Origin: Narcine bancroftii
Taxonomy: Eukaryota
Assembly: GCF_036971445.1 (NCBI RefSeq)
Contig: NC_091470.1
Location: forward strand, 348,626,001 to 348,690,000
Length of the DNA: 64,000 nucleotides
Reading direction: 5' to 3'
Each line of letters begins with the position of its first letter. Within the stretch, counting starts at the first letter, position 1. The position numbers and the translations under genes are program-made. Shown one piece after another: positions 25,412 to 38,500 of the stretch. The notes below the pieces were generated by a model. That model was given only the letters and a program-made list of their open reading frames with translations, did not search any database and was not told the DNA's origin.

Positions 25412-26202
25412 TCCAGGATTTTTTTCAAAAGGTTTGCTTCCCAAAAAAAAATTGGGGATTGTGATAAACAACTTCAAACTGATAATTTCAGATTTGTTGT
25501 ATTATGTAGGATGTTAGAGGATCATTCAACTAATTTTATTGAATTTGGCATGTTTAATCGCATAATGATGCTGGCACATTGCATTAGTTCAACTGACCTC
25601 AATATGTTTTGCTGTTGATTTTCATTTGCACTCAGCATCTAATGTCTCTCATGTCAGTGCTCAACAATAGTCAGCCAACATTGATGGATTCCAGTTGCCC
25701 CAATACCAATTTTCCATGGTTGTAATGTCCTGGTGAAACTTTTCGCCGTGTTTTTCACTGACTGCACCAAGATCAGCAGGGAAGACGTCCAAGTGCGAAT
25801 GCAGGAAATGAATCTTCAATGACGTGTGGCACTCCATATTTTTGTTTGTTTGAAGCATGCTGTCAATCAGCTCGATGTTGTTTGGTGCACTCTAGTGGCC
25901 AAGAAAATTCTCAACAACATCTTTAAATGGCGTCCATGCTATTTTTTCCAACCTCTCGAGCAGATCTTTGAACCTGCACTGAGTGCATGACCAAGCAGGC
26001 TTGGATTGATCAAAATAGCTTGCTTTGTGGGCAATAAACAAGTAGATTTAAAATATGACACAAAATCATAAAGTAGATTCTATCTGGGGGGAAAAAAAAG
26101 TATGTGATAGGAAAATGTCAGGGCGGTTTTTGTGATCAGCAGCTCAAAACCCATAAAATCCACCCGAAAGTATTCAAGAGGCAAAATCTTCATTGTCCAG
26201 TG
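25412..26202 (-). mobile_element. Chapaev3 (CMC superfamily) DNA transposon remnant
   Basis: Encodes SLKIHFLHSHLDVFPADLGAVSEKHGEKFHQDI...NPSMLADYC, the transposase C-terminal motif. The terminus ttgtccagtg is at 26202. Confidence 0.75.
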
Positions 26203-26369
26203 TATTTTTTTCTATTGTCATTTGTGCACATCGTGATGGACAACTTGAAAGATGGTCATCTCTGCTTTCCTAACAATATTCTGCAACCTGTCGCCTTTAC
26301 TTTGTAACTTCCAGTAAAACAAGCAACAAATCCCACACCAAGTTGACTTGGAATTAAAAGACTTGCCAC

Positions 26370-27137
26370 TGTGATATTAAAGTGTTGCTTTTAGTGAAAT
26401 TATTTTGTGGGTTGGACAGGGACACACACACACAGACCTTTACACACAGAAACCATTTTTAGAGACAAAATATCTGCTAATTCATTGCTTGTTTGAAGCT
26501 GTGTAAGCAGCCATAAAACTGAAGTGACTGTCTATTGAAACTAAAGAGAATGATGTTTACTCAGGATAAACACCTGTGTACACAAGAAAGCCATCTACTG
26601 GTTAGCTGTGAAGACAACTCAGAAGCATTTTCTCGTAAATGCTTTTTCAAGAGAGGAACTTCAAACAATATCAGCAGTGATCTCATGTCATGTGATTAAA
26701 GACACTTCAAGGAGGCATCTCTAATATTGTACCAGTTTCATCTGAAATCAGAGAAATACCTTAGTCTTCAGTGAAGGATGTCCAGTTGTGGTGTTCTCCT
26801 CATCATGGGAGATACACAGAATCAGTGACAATAAATAAGAACCTCTTCACTTCCTCTTTGTCAAAAGAGGGCAGTTCTACCGTGTGCATTTGTAATGGTC
26901 AGTTCATTTAACCCTTGCCGAGTTTTGTGAAATCATCATCGTGTGAAACTCAGATTCCGAACCCTCCATACAAGAGAGGAGGATTTGTGGAAAATCATTC
27001 GTATGAATAAACATTTCTCTGAAAACAAATCAATAAAAAATTTGTGAGTTTTAATGAATCTGAGTTTCAACAAAAAATATTTCTGAGATTGAACTTTAAA
27101 ACCATCTCTTCAGAATTATGCCTGAACTGTAATGCAT

Positions 27138-27177
<40 letters not shown>

Positions 27178-27300
27178 GCATAGTGGGGTTAAGTTTAGAG
27201 TTATGTAAAATTTTCTATTATTAATAGTTATTAATAAAAATAATTGCTTTGAAGATAACATTGTCTTGGTGAATTTCTATTGCTGCTAGTCTAAGTTGTA
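26370..27300 (+). mobile_element. Probable LTR relic containing a (CA)n tract
   Basis: Begins tgtga. Its 3' part (tgtcttggtgaatttctattgctgct) is shared with ~42460-42966. No TSD was found. Confidence 0.45.
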
Positions 27301-27829
27301 AAAGCCTACCTATGTTACCTAAATTTCTTGCATAGCTACATCAATGCTGTGTCTCACAGTCCTTAGTAGCATGAACAGCACACACATGCTGTGATCTCTG
27401 CCCGATTAATGAACTATCTATGCCATTATCATGGGGCCACACACAGTAGAGGGCTTACCCTGTGAAGAACATTACAGGATGGTGTGGTTACTTGCATTGA
27501 AATCATATTTTACCCTCTCCCACATTTTCTCTTTCCTCCTTGGCAACCTTTTCTACTACCGGATTGTTGCTACCCTGGATGGAATTCTTTAAGTTTCAAC
27601 TTAATTCTCTTCTTTCCTTGCAGAAAAGTCACAGCGGTTATGATCAGTACAGGAAGAGAACATTAGTTGCACAGCTCATATTTTAACATAGTAATCAATT
27701 TGCAAATCAGCCCAGTTTTTTTTTAAGATTTTCCAATTTATCAGTATTTATTGGGTGTCTACTAATTGGACATTAGCACAAAATTCCAATGTAAAAAAGC
27801 ACAAAATAAGGAGATTTAACTTCTGAGTA

Positions 27830-28334
27830 CAGGTATTCCCTGACTCGTGACCTCTGCAACTTACATCCATCCGCACATACGACCGAAATTTTAAAAAATA
27901 TATTTAAGAAAAAATATAAAATTTGTGTGGTTTATGTTGTATTTGACAAACTGTTACAGGGATGCGGGGCATGTAAGAGCCAAATATGCATGCTTACTTT
28001 GTTAGTCAGGGCACTTAACTCTCGCACATGCACCAACTGAACTCCATTACGTGAGCCCACTGTGCATGTGCCAACTGAAGACTCGCGCGCAGGATTCAAA
28101 ATGGCCGTGCCCAGCCGAAGGACTCTGGACGCCAACTAGCAAAGTAAGTGCGCACATTTTGGCTGTTTCATGCCCTGTATCCATATTATAGTTTGTCAAA
28201 TACAACACTTGATTAAAAAATTTGCTTTAAGACTTCAGTACTCTACGCGTATGGGCAAAATTCTGACTTGTGTCCATTTCGAGATACGACCGATCCTTTG
28301 GTCCCAATTATGGTCATAAGTCGGGGGGTACCTG
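27830..28334. mobile_element. Palindromic Tigger-like MITE
   Basis: TA-caggtattccctgact...agtcggggggtacctg-TA, plus internal inverted arms at ~27933-28005 and ~28133-28207. Confidence 0.75.
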
Positions 28335-28869
28335 TAGTAGTTTCAAAAGTGAAGGCCTTGTTTAGTTAAAAGTCATACTGAAGCCTTTCTCCTAAATGCT
28401 GTTAAACAAGAAAGTCTGAAGATGCCAGGGTTGTGTGCAATTCACAAAAGTCCTGGAGAAACTCAGCAGATCACACCACACCCAAAGGAAGTAAAGAGTA
28501 ACCAAAGTTTCTGGGCCTGGGGCCGTCATCAAGATATGAGCAAAATCTGGCAATGGTCTGAATAAAAAGATGGGGGGAAGAGGAGAAGGAGGAGGGAAGG
28601 AGGTATGTTTATGACCTTTCAGAAAGAGAGTTACAACTGTGAGAAAGAAAGTTTATTTGTGAAACCGTGCACATAACGAGTCAATTAGAACAGTGGTTTT
28701 CAACCTTTTACTTTCCACTCAGATACCGCCCTTACTAATTACAGGCATAAGCATTGCTTAAGGTGGAATGTGAGTTTGGCGGGGTAGTTTGAAAACCACC
28801 GGTCTAAACCTTTCTTGTCTTGATGTGTTTTGGATGCTCCATTTTTTCCCGCTTCTCCTACTTTCTGTG

Positions 28870-29105
28870 CAGCACGGTTAGTGTAGCGGTCAGGACAATG
28901 CTGTTACCGCGCCACCAACCATTGTTCAAATCTGACACTGTCTAGAAGAAGTTTGGACATTCTCCCCATGTCTGTGTGGGTTTCTTCCGGGTGCTCCAGT
29001 TTCCTCCCACCCTTCAAAACATATGGGTGTTGTAGCTCAATAGGGTGTAATTGGGCAGCATGGGTTCGAGGGCCAGAAGGGCCTGTTACCATGCTGTATG
29101 TCTAC
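28870..29105 (+). mobile_element. tRNA-derived V-SINE-like element
   Basis: Starts gcagcacggttagtgtagcgg, with core tctccccatgtctgtgtgggtttcttccgggtgctccagtttcctccca. Further copies lie at ~29875-30060 (+) and ~40410-40612, 43035-43280, 44485-44700 and 44918-45125 (-). Confidence 0.75.
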
Positions 29106-30299
29106 ATTTTAAATTCCTCTGGCTACTCATTCCATATACCCACCACCTCTCAGGATATTTTAAATATTTTTTCCCTTCACCTTAAATCTATGACCTCTTA
29201 GTTTTAGATTGTCCCATGACTAGGTTATCCAAGCCTCTCATGATTTTAATAAACCTCGATAAGATCTCCCCTCCCAAAGCCTCCTGTGCTCCAGAGAGAA
29301 GTTCTAGTCTATCCAGCTGCTCCTCATACTTGAACCCCACCAAACCCAATAACATTCTCATGAATCAAGTGCTCACTGAAAAAAATGAATTTCCACAATA
29401 CATACCCTAAACTGAATACTTTTTCAAAGCCTTTTCAACAAACAAGAAGCATTGAACCAGACAATATATTTCTGTTTGGTGGTCAGGATTCCAATAAACA
29501 CAAACATTAGCAGGTAAATGGTGATTTACCAATTAAAGATTCAAAATAACCAATCTGTTTTGTTTTCATTAATGAGAGAAGGGTTGTCTTACTTTATTGA
29601 CTGTTCACTAAGGACGAATTGATATTTAAATATTTGAAGTTTCATTGAATCATGTACCTTATTGAATTTGGTTCTTTTCAATTGTGCAGCTTGCTTAAAG
29701 ATGTTTCAGATGATTCCATGAATATTTAAACATTATTTGGTTGGTTGTGCAATAACTAAAAGGAATTATAATCTGTCATACCTCACTTTGACAATTGGAT
29801 ATCTCAAATAGTTCAAATGACAAAATTTAGCAATTGGGGGTTGCCTAGCTTTGGCTGGAATAAAATTCCAGGGTAACATAGTTAGTGTAACAGTTACAAT
29901 GCTACGATGTTACAGTGCGAGCAATTGGGACTAGGGTTTGAATCCCACTCTGTCTGTAAGGAGTTTGTACCTTCTCGCCATGTCTGCGTGGGTTTCTTCT
30001 GAGTGCTCCAGTTTCCTCCCACTGTTCAAAACCTACCCAGTCTTGCAGGTCAAATGAGCACAGGCTCACTGGTATTGCAAAAACAATAAATGCAAACTCA
30101 CTCTAATATATAATCGGTGACCGATGACCACGTCCTCCTTTGGAATGGCCACCCTAGCCCTGGTAAGTCGGGGAAGAAATGGCTGGGACCCTGCCAGAGA
30201 CATTTGTATTGTCATTAGCCACAGGTAAAGAACTGAAAGACTGTATGGGGGCTAATAGTGTGCCTTCGGTTAAGAATGGTTGCAAGCATAGACTAGGGA

Positions 30300-32040
30300 A
30301 CTATGAGACATTTTGTGTAACATTAGTGGTGTGAAATAATTAGAGCGAATCCTAAGAGATAGGGTCTCACTGGCATTTGGGCAAAGCAAGGACTGATTAG
30401 GGGTCACCCTCGTCACTTTTGTACTTGGAAAATCATGTCCAACAAGTTTGATTTGATTTTTGAAGAGGTGATCAAGAGAACTGATGAGGGCAGGGTAGAA
30501 GACAATGTCTGCATGGACTTTAGCAAAGCCTTTGACAAGGTCCTGCATGGCCGGCTGGTCTAGGTCAGATCATGAGATCCAGGGTGCTCTAGCCAATTGG
30601 ATACAAAATTGACTAAATAGTAAGTAGCATTAAACAATTGTTTTTTTTTCAGATTGGAAGCCTGTAATCAGTGCAATCTCCAATGTTGTTTGACCTCTAA
30701 ATGAACAATCTGAATGAGAATATAGCTACCATGGTAAGAAAGTTAATTATTAATTGAATTACTGAATTGTTTATTGTCACATGTAACAGAGTACAGTGAA
30801 AATCTTTGTTTTGTGTGCTATTCAGGCAAGTCAAACCATACTCCAGTACCACAGTTAATGCAATAATTAAACAAGTACAGTGTGTGGTGTTACAGTAAGT
30901 CTAAAACATGTAGGGCTCGGATGTTACAAAGAAAATGTACAGGGTTCAGAGAGAAGTACAGTTAAAACAGTGCAAGGCCATCATCTTTTACTTATAAAGT
31001 TTCATTTAATATCCTGATAACAGCAAGAAAGAAATTGTCTTTGAATCTGGTGATTTAGGTTTCAAGCAGATGTATCTTTTGAACTATGGAAGGGGGAGAA
31101 GAGGGTATTTCTAGGATGGAATTGGTCATTTAATGTGATTACAGCTTTCCAGAGACTGCATGGGTATAGGCAGAGTTTATGGAGGAGATATACGTTTGGG
31201 TATGTTTCATGGATGTTCAAAATTGGACAGTGTACAGTGAATAAGGTTATCTAAAATGACCACAGGATCTAGATTAAATGAGAAATTGGGCCAAGAAATG
31301 GTAGATGGAATTTAACTTGGAGAAGTAAGAGGTATTGCATTTAGGGCAAGTAAACACAGCAGGATTTATACAATAAATGTCAGGGTTCTCAAGAGTACTG
31401 TACTCCGAGAGACCAAGACTTGCAGGTATGTAGTTCTCTGAACTTGGTGACATAGGTGGACAGGGTAGTGAAGGCAGCATTTGACATGCTTACCTTCATC
31501 ATTAAGGATACTTGAATGGAGGAGTTGGGAAATCATGTTACAACTGTGCAAGACATTGTTGAGATGACACTTGTTCTAGTCACCCAACTATGGAAAGGAT
31601 GTCTTTAAACTGGAAAGGGTTCAGAAACAATCCAAAAGAATGTTACTGGGACTGGAGCCTATAAAGGGGAAACTAAATGGGTTCTAATATTCCTCAAGCA
31701 TAAGATGCAGTGGGATGATTTTATAGAGGTAAATAAAATCATGAAGGGTACAGTTAATTACAGTACTTTTTTCCCATAAGCAAAGGCTAAAACTGATGGC
31801 AGGGATTTAAGCTGAGAGAGGAAAGAGTGAAAGGGGATTCAAGAATAAATCTTTTGCATAGAGGGTATTGCATATGTGGTACAAACTGCCAGAGGAAATG
31901 ATACAGGAGGGTATAATTGCAACATTTAAAGTTCATTTGTGCAGATATGTGGATAGGAGATGTCTATAGGCCAAATGCAGGCAAATGGGACTGAGGTAAC
32001 CAACTGGGCTAACATGAATGAGTTGGATTAGAGGCTTGTA
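30300..32040 (+). mobile_element. Decayed CR1 RT-to-3' fragment interrupted at ~30765-31200 by a minus-strand Rex1/L2-like 3' end
   Basis: Encodes MDFSKAFDKVLHG near 30513, followed by downstream CR1 C-terminal motifs. Confidence 0.7.
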
Positions 32041-32069
32041 TAAGCCTAGGACTGTGAGTGGGGAAAGAA

Positions 32070-32513
32070 TAGAGTATTGACTTAAGTGGTTGGCTCTTAC
32101 AGAAAACTTATATAAAGGCAAAAGCTAGGAGAAGGCAACTCTGACTTCAAATACCCAGGCTCGGCTCGCCCAGCCGTCAGTATCTGGAAAGGGCCCCAGC
32201 TATGGGCAAATAGCACCTGTCAGTCTGGCAGCAGGTGCCGGCAGCTGTGGCAGAGCGTGGAAAACAGTTTCCATAGTGGTCTGCAGCAGCAAACTCGGTG
32301 GGCGAAGGATCCGTAAGGACAACGGCCAGCAAGCAAGGTCTTGAAACAGATCACTGCGGGGCAAACCCGTATCACTCTGGCTGTCGTGCCTCGCAGTCTG
32401 CCAGGCTCAGTGGCGTGGGACCCAGAGGGAGGCACTTGTTCTGGGCAAGCACTCACCTCCAAGTCCTTGTCCTGGCACACACACTGTATCTTTGATGGCC
32501 TTTAGGATGATTA
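32070..32513 (+). mobile_element. Non-autonomous RTE-derived element (5'UTR-like)
   Basis: Contains ctaggagaaggcaactctga, resembling RTE 5'UTRs. It is GC-rich and ends in a gatgattatg-type tail. Confidence 0.45.
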
Positions 32514-33059
32514 TGGAAATAAGTCATTTCCAGATTCAAAATGCCTCACCTCCAGGATAAATATAATTAATTTATCTAGCCACTTGTTCTATATCACAGA
32601 GTTCCCACTGAGTAATGATGAAATAACATTGAACAAGAGTGTGGGAAAGCCCACAGTCTGTAATGATCTGCCTTTAGAGAACTGAACAAATAAACAAACA
32701 GACCTTCATACCTATATGCTGGATTGGAGCATAAAAACGTAGAAAAGTGAAAAGTTCATGAGTCACAGGAGAGGAGGTGAGTCTATTGGCTGAGGATGCA
32801 ATAGAAATGTGATTTAAAAAAATATATAAATTCCTGGTACAAGTTAGCAATCACAAATATTCATTCTAAACCATTCCACTGACCAAAGGGTTCAAAGACA
32901 TAAAAACACAAAAGTACTGGAGGAACTCAGCAGGTTTCACAATGTCCATAGGAGGTAAAGACAAATAACCAATGTCTCAGGCCTAAGACTTTATTAAAGG
33001 TATGAGCAAAAAGCAGGCAGGCACCTGAATAAAAAGGGCTTGAGGGCGAAGGGAATGGA

Positions 33060-33752
33060 AGGGCAATGAGGAGTGTGGAGGAATAAAGGGATCTGGGAAT
33101 ATAGATACATAAGTCCCTGGGCATGGCGTCACAGGTAGACAAGGATGTAAATATAACTTTTGGCATCTTGGCATTCATAAATCAACGTATAGGAGTTAGA
33201 TGTGATGGTGAGGTTGTACAAGACATTGGTGAGGTCAAATATGAAATATTCTGTGCAGTTCTGGTCTCCTAACTACAGGAAGGATATCAGTAAGATTGAA
33301 AGAGTGCAGAAAATATTTATTAGGATGTTGCTGGGTCTTCAGGAGTTGAGATACAGGAAAAGATTTAAACAGGTTGGGACTTTATTCCTTGGAGCGTAGA
33401 AGAATGAGGAGAGATTTTGTAGAGGTTTATAAAATTATGAGGGTATCAATAGAGTAAATGCAAGTAGGCTCTTCCACTTAGATTAAGAGAGGTCACGGCT
33501 TCAGGGTGAGACGGGAAAGGTTTAGGGGGAACATCATTGGGAACTTCTTCACTCGGAGAGTGATGGAATTGTAGAATGAGCTGCCATCTGGTAAATGCGA
33601 GACCACTCTTAAGTTTTAAAAATAAATTGGATAGATATATGGATGGGAGAAGTCTGGAGGGTTTTGAAATGGGTGCAGATCAGTGGGATGTTTCACCACA
33701 GATTAGTAGGGCTGAATGGCCTGATTTCTGTGCTATAGTGTTCTACAGTTCT
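33060..33752 (+). mobile_element. CR1 3' fragment nested in a minus-strand Penelope-like remnant (~32900-34125)
   Basis: Encodes VRLYKTLVRSNMKYSVQFWSPNYRKDISKIERVQK. The flanks carry Penelope-type terminal and GIY-YIG-end sequence. Confidence 0.75.
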
Positions 33753-34869
33753 ATGGAAGAAAGGGCCAGGGGAAGGAGCACAGGCCAACAGACAAAAGGA
33801 GATAATTGGACAAGGATAGAAGGATGGGAGAGGAAAGGTGAGAATTGATCAGAGGAGGAGGTGGCTCTGTGAAGGCAGAGCTGAATGAAAGGAAACAGAG
33901 GGAAAGAGAGAGAGAGAGAGCCAGAGCTAGAGGAAAAGAGAAATAGAGATAGGGGAAGGGGAGAGACAGGGGAGGGGGTGCTAAGGGAAAGCAGAGAAAT
34001 CAATGTGTATGCCATCCAGTGGGAGGGTGCCCAGACAGAAGATGAGGTGTTGTTCCTCTAATCTGCAGGCGGCTGCAGTCCAGCAGCACACAAGACCATG
34101 GACAGACACATCAGCATGGGAAAGAACACTTTTTTCGGGAAATGCTGCTTGAAGAACAGAAAACTGATTTAGCCTCTCTAAAAATCTATTCTGCAGCTTT
34201 TCATTTTGGAAATCAAATCAACTATTCTTCGAAAACCCAAACTTACATCCTTGCATTCTTGATTAAATTGATGATCTCAATAGATGGTACCATTCCACTT
34301 TTTAACTGTACAATACTTTTCTCTATCTACATCCTGCACTTTGTCTCAGAAACACTATTCCCTGCTATTCTTACCCTCCTGTAGAAATGTACCCTGCAAT
34401 TTTTCTTTTATTTTCTGTGCCGAAACATGGGTTGTTTTGCCTGGATGGAAGGTAAAACAAGGTTTTCACTGTATCTTGGCACTCATGACAACAAACATCC
34501 TTTCAAATAATGTGACTGGGCCAGCATCAACCCCATAAGGTGGCAGTGGGTTTGCAACACAGCATTACAAATCAGGCCAAATGAGGTGGATCTAGAGATT
34601 TCCTTGGCTTCAACAACACTTTCCAAAGCCACTACCAAAAGGTGTCGGGAAAGGCCATCAGCCAGATTAGCATCAATGGGATAAAAGCCCAGAACTCTGC
34701 TCCAAACAGCGCTGTGGTAATTTCTTCGTTACACACCTCAATAAGTCCAACATTAATTTTCAATGCCAGATGGGAAATAAAAGGTGGTTTGATCAGGGAG
34801 ATTCAATTCATCTGGTTTTGATGAACTTTTGCCTGACTGACTTGTTATGTTTACCTTATCAATTCCCAT

Positions 34870-35450
34870 GTTTTAAACTTCTGCAGGTTTACTGTGGAAA
34901 GTACCACACATGGTTTGATCATTCAAATGCCCAACATTGCAGAAGGCTGGAGAATGTTGCAAGTCTGTCGCAGGATCCAACCTCCTATCCATTTGAAGAC
35001 ATCTATGTGAGGTGCTGCCTTCATCTGGCAGCCAACATCATAAAGGGCTCCCCTCACCTTGGTTACAACCTCTTCTCACTGCTCCCTTCTGAAAGAAGGG
35101 ACAGAACCCTAAAGGCCAGCACCTCTTGGTTCAAGAACAGTTTATTTCCAACAGCTATCAGGCTCTTGAACAGTTTATTTCCAACAGCTATCAGGCTCTT
35201 GAACATCCACTGATAACATTAATCATAAACTACATGGATACCACAAAATGTAACGTGTGCCCTATTGTACTATTCTCTTGCACTCTAGTAACTGGAAATA
35301 TTTATTATCCATCTTTTGCATTTATTATCTCTTTAATTTAAAAAAAAATCATACCAGCATACTTGTCTTTGTTTTATACAGCATTTGTTTGCTACAGCAA
35401 ATAAGAATTTTGGTGCATCCGTATATTGCACAATGTATATGACAATAAAC
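34870..35450 (+). mobile_element. Rex1/Babar-like LINE 3' end with a 33-bp tandem duplication (35135-35200)
   Basis: Encodes HLGYNLFSLLPSERR...FKNSLFPTAIRLLN, with the last motif duplicated. Confidence 0.7.
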
Positions 35451-35766
35451 TCCAAATCAAAATTATGAAAGCTGAATTAAAAATCATCCTTTTCATATAT
35501 AAATGTTCTCAAGAAATTACCTTAATTATTTTTTAGTTCTATTCTACTGGCCTGATATTTTCTGTAACTATGGTAACAGCATTTATCAATCCAATGAGGC
35601 ATATTCAAATTTAATCTTGTCTAAAGATCAGTCCTGCAATAGGTTAATAAAAACAAGGTGACAACCAGCTGCTTTGTCTAAGAAAGAAAAAAATTCAAAA
35701 AGTTTTAGGGAACTTAAGGAAATTTTGTTAAAGACAAATTGATAAAAAGAAGGGAATGAAAACAAA

Positions 35767-35960
35767 AATGCTGGAAGAACTTAGCAGGTTTAGCAGCGTC
35801 CATAGGAGGTGAAGGTATATTACCGATGTTTCAGGCCTGAGTCCTTCTTCAAGGTAGAGGTACTTACCTTGAAGAAGGCCTCAGGCCTCAAACATCTTTA
35901 CCTCCTCTGGCTGAGTTCCTCCAGCATTTCCGCCTTTTACCACAATCACAGCGCCTGCAG
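35767..35960. mobile_element. Penelope-like inverted terminal repeat pair
   Basis: The arm gctggaagaacttagc...aggcctgagtccttcttcaaggta is mirrored by taccttgaagaaggcctcaggcct...ctgagttcctccagc. Confidence 0.65.
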
Positions 35961-37629
35961 ACTGTTGAGTTTCACTCTAAAAAGATGGTATCTAGCTATG
36001 AAAGCCTGAAAACGTACATGGACCCCTTTAGACAGAATTCTTTAAATCCATATTAATATTTTGGCAGTAGAGTATCATCAGTGCAGAGTGAAGTGAAACG
36101 AATTAAAGATCTTCATTGTGAAAGACCCTGTGCGCAAGTCAATAAAAAGTTCATTTAATTAAGAATGATCTTTCTTTTATCAGAAGCAAGTTGCTGGCAA
36201 TAGATGGATATAATGACTGATTGAAAAGCAGGAATAATCCTATTTAGCTTCTGTCCTCGTTTCTCCCTTTTTATTGATGGTAGCCTCAAAACCAACAGAT
36301 GCACTCCTGTCCATTGCCCCACACAAAGGATGGCTGAAATAAAATCTATCAAGGACACCTGAAGCTATTACTTGAAAGCTTGTTAAGCAACTAAAGCATT
36401 TAGTTCATTTAATGTGATCACAAATTAGCCTTTGCTTCAGTACATTACACATTGATCCTGCAGTGTGACAAAAACAGAAAATGCTGTACAGCCAGTCAAG
36501 GAGTATCAATGCAAATGAGAAACAGAATTAACTTGAAAAGTTTCATTGGAAGAGTTCTGACAAAGGGTCTCTGATTTGTTACGCTTTCCATCGACGCTGC
36601 TGCTTTTATCTGCTGAGTATTTTTGCTATTTCCTGTTTTTATTTCAGAGTCTGGCACCTACAGGTGATTTGCTTGGCATTGTCTTTGATATTTTACTTTT
36701 GGGAAAGTAAAAATCTTTCTCATGGGGAAATTCATTTAACATCTCTAATCCGTTAAAATTTCGGAGCATGAAGAATTTGCGAAGTTATTTTCAATACCCA
36801 TCTGAATGTAACTGTAAAAATGCTCAGCCAGGTCTGTCAGTGTCAATTGTATCTCCCATTTCCTTAAGGAGCAGGCAGGAATATAGTTAAAATAGATGAG
36901 GGGATTTACTCATTCTTTTCCAAGTTCCAGGTTCACTCATCATCTCTGTCAATCCAACCACTCTAGTCCAGCCATTCTCAACAGGGCCCATATGGCCACC
37001 CTGTGGGTCACAGCACATTTTAGGGGCAAGACTGAAATCATAATTTTAAAAAAATGTTTTTCATCTCGTCAGTAGAAGTAAACTCATCCTGACAGCTTCA
37101 TAGAGAAAGGGCAGGCCCACAAACTTTGAGTAGAGTCCTTGGGGGGTGGGGCGGGGGGGGGGGGGGGCGGCAGGGGGAGTCATAGCCCAAAAAAGGTTTG
37201 AGAATGACTGCTCTAAACTACATTCTAAGGTAGTTTGAGTACAAGGGGAGATATATAATATTGGAATGCAAAGGTTCCATGGAATTGACATACAAGAACC
37301 CTATTTTATTTAAACCATGCAATGATCTATTTGAAACATTTAAAATTCTCATAAATTGACATTTAAATTGAAAAGATAAATGCATGAATAATGTTTCCAT
37401 TGTTTGGATAATTTTGAAGCGATGGTCACATCTCATCTACCATTCCGGACAGGGAAGAGGACGAATTTTTACACCTAAAGTGCAATGTATCTTTCAAATC
37501 TCTAGTGGCTAAGAAGGATCAAAAGCTGAGTGAAAAGCAGCTAATAGGTTTCTTGTTAATCAAAATTAATATGGGGTTCATGCACAAAAGTGGCACTGAA
37601 GAAGGTGGTCCACCGTGATTTCAAATCAA

Positions 37630-38500
37630 ATTCAGAATCAGAATTTATTGTCATGTGTTGTTTTGCAGCAACAAATATTGCCATAAATTACATTTAAAAT
37701 ACTTTAACTAGTGCAAAAGAAGAGGAAAAAGTGAGGTAGTGTTTGTGGCTCATTGACCATTCAGGAACCTGAAGGTAAAGGGGAAGAACCTGTCCTTGTG
37801 CCGCTGGGTGCTCGTCTTCCTGATGGTAGCAATATGAAGAGGGCTTGGCCTTGGTGGTGATGGTCCTTGAGGATAGAGGCTGCTTTCTTAAGACACCACC
37901 TCATGTCGATGCCCTTGATGGAGTGAAGACGGATGCCCGTGATGGCGCTAGCCAAGTTAACAACTCTCTGTGTCCTTTTCCTGTCCTGTACATTGGTACC
38001 TCCGTACTAGGCAGTGACACAGCCAGTCAGAATGTTCTCCGTGGTACACATGTAGAAATTTGCAAGCGTCTTTGGCGACATACCAAATCTCCTCCAATTC
38101 CTCACAAAGCAGAGCCACTGGTAAGCTTTCTTCATGATTATGTCGACGCGGAGGCTCCAGGACAGATTTTCAGAGATGCTGAATTTGATGTTCTTTAACA
38201 TTTTCCACTGCTGACCCTTCATTGAGGACTGGTTCCCCATCGTGAAGTCCACAATCAGCTTTTTTGTTTTGCTGACGTTGAATCCAATTGTTGTTGTGAG
38301 TTATGACACCACTCAACTCGATGATCTATCTCCCTCCTGTCGGCTTCCTCATCACCATCTGTGGTTCTGCCAATAATCATGGGTATTATCAGCAAATTTG
38401 AACACGGCGTTTGAATTTTCCCTAGCCATACAGTTGTGGGTGTAGAATGAGTAGAGCGGGGCTAAGCACCGTTGTCGACATGCACCTGTGTTGATTGTCA
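37630..38500 (-). mobile_element. Rex1/Babar-like LINE fragment
   Basis: Encodes ISENLSWSLRVDIIMKKAYQWL...RRFGMSPKTLANFY...ENILTGC and LKKAASILKDHHH. Confidence 0.75.
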
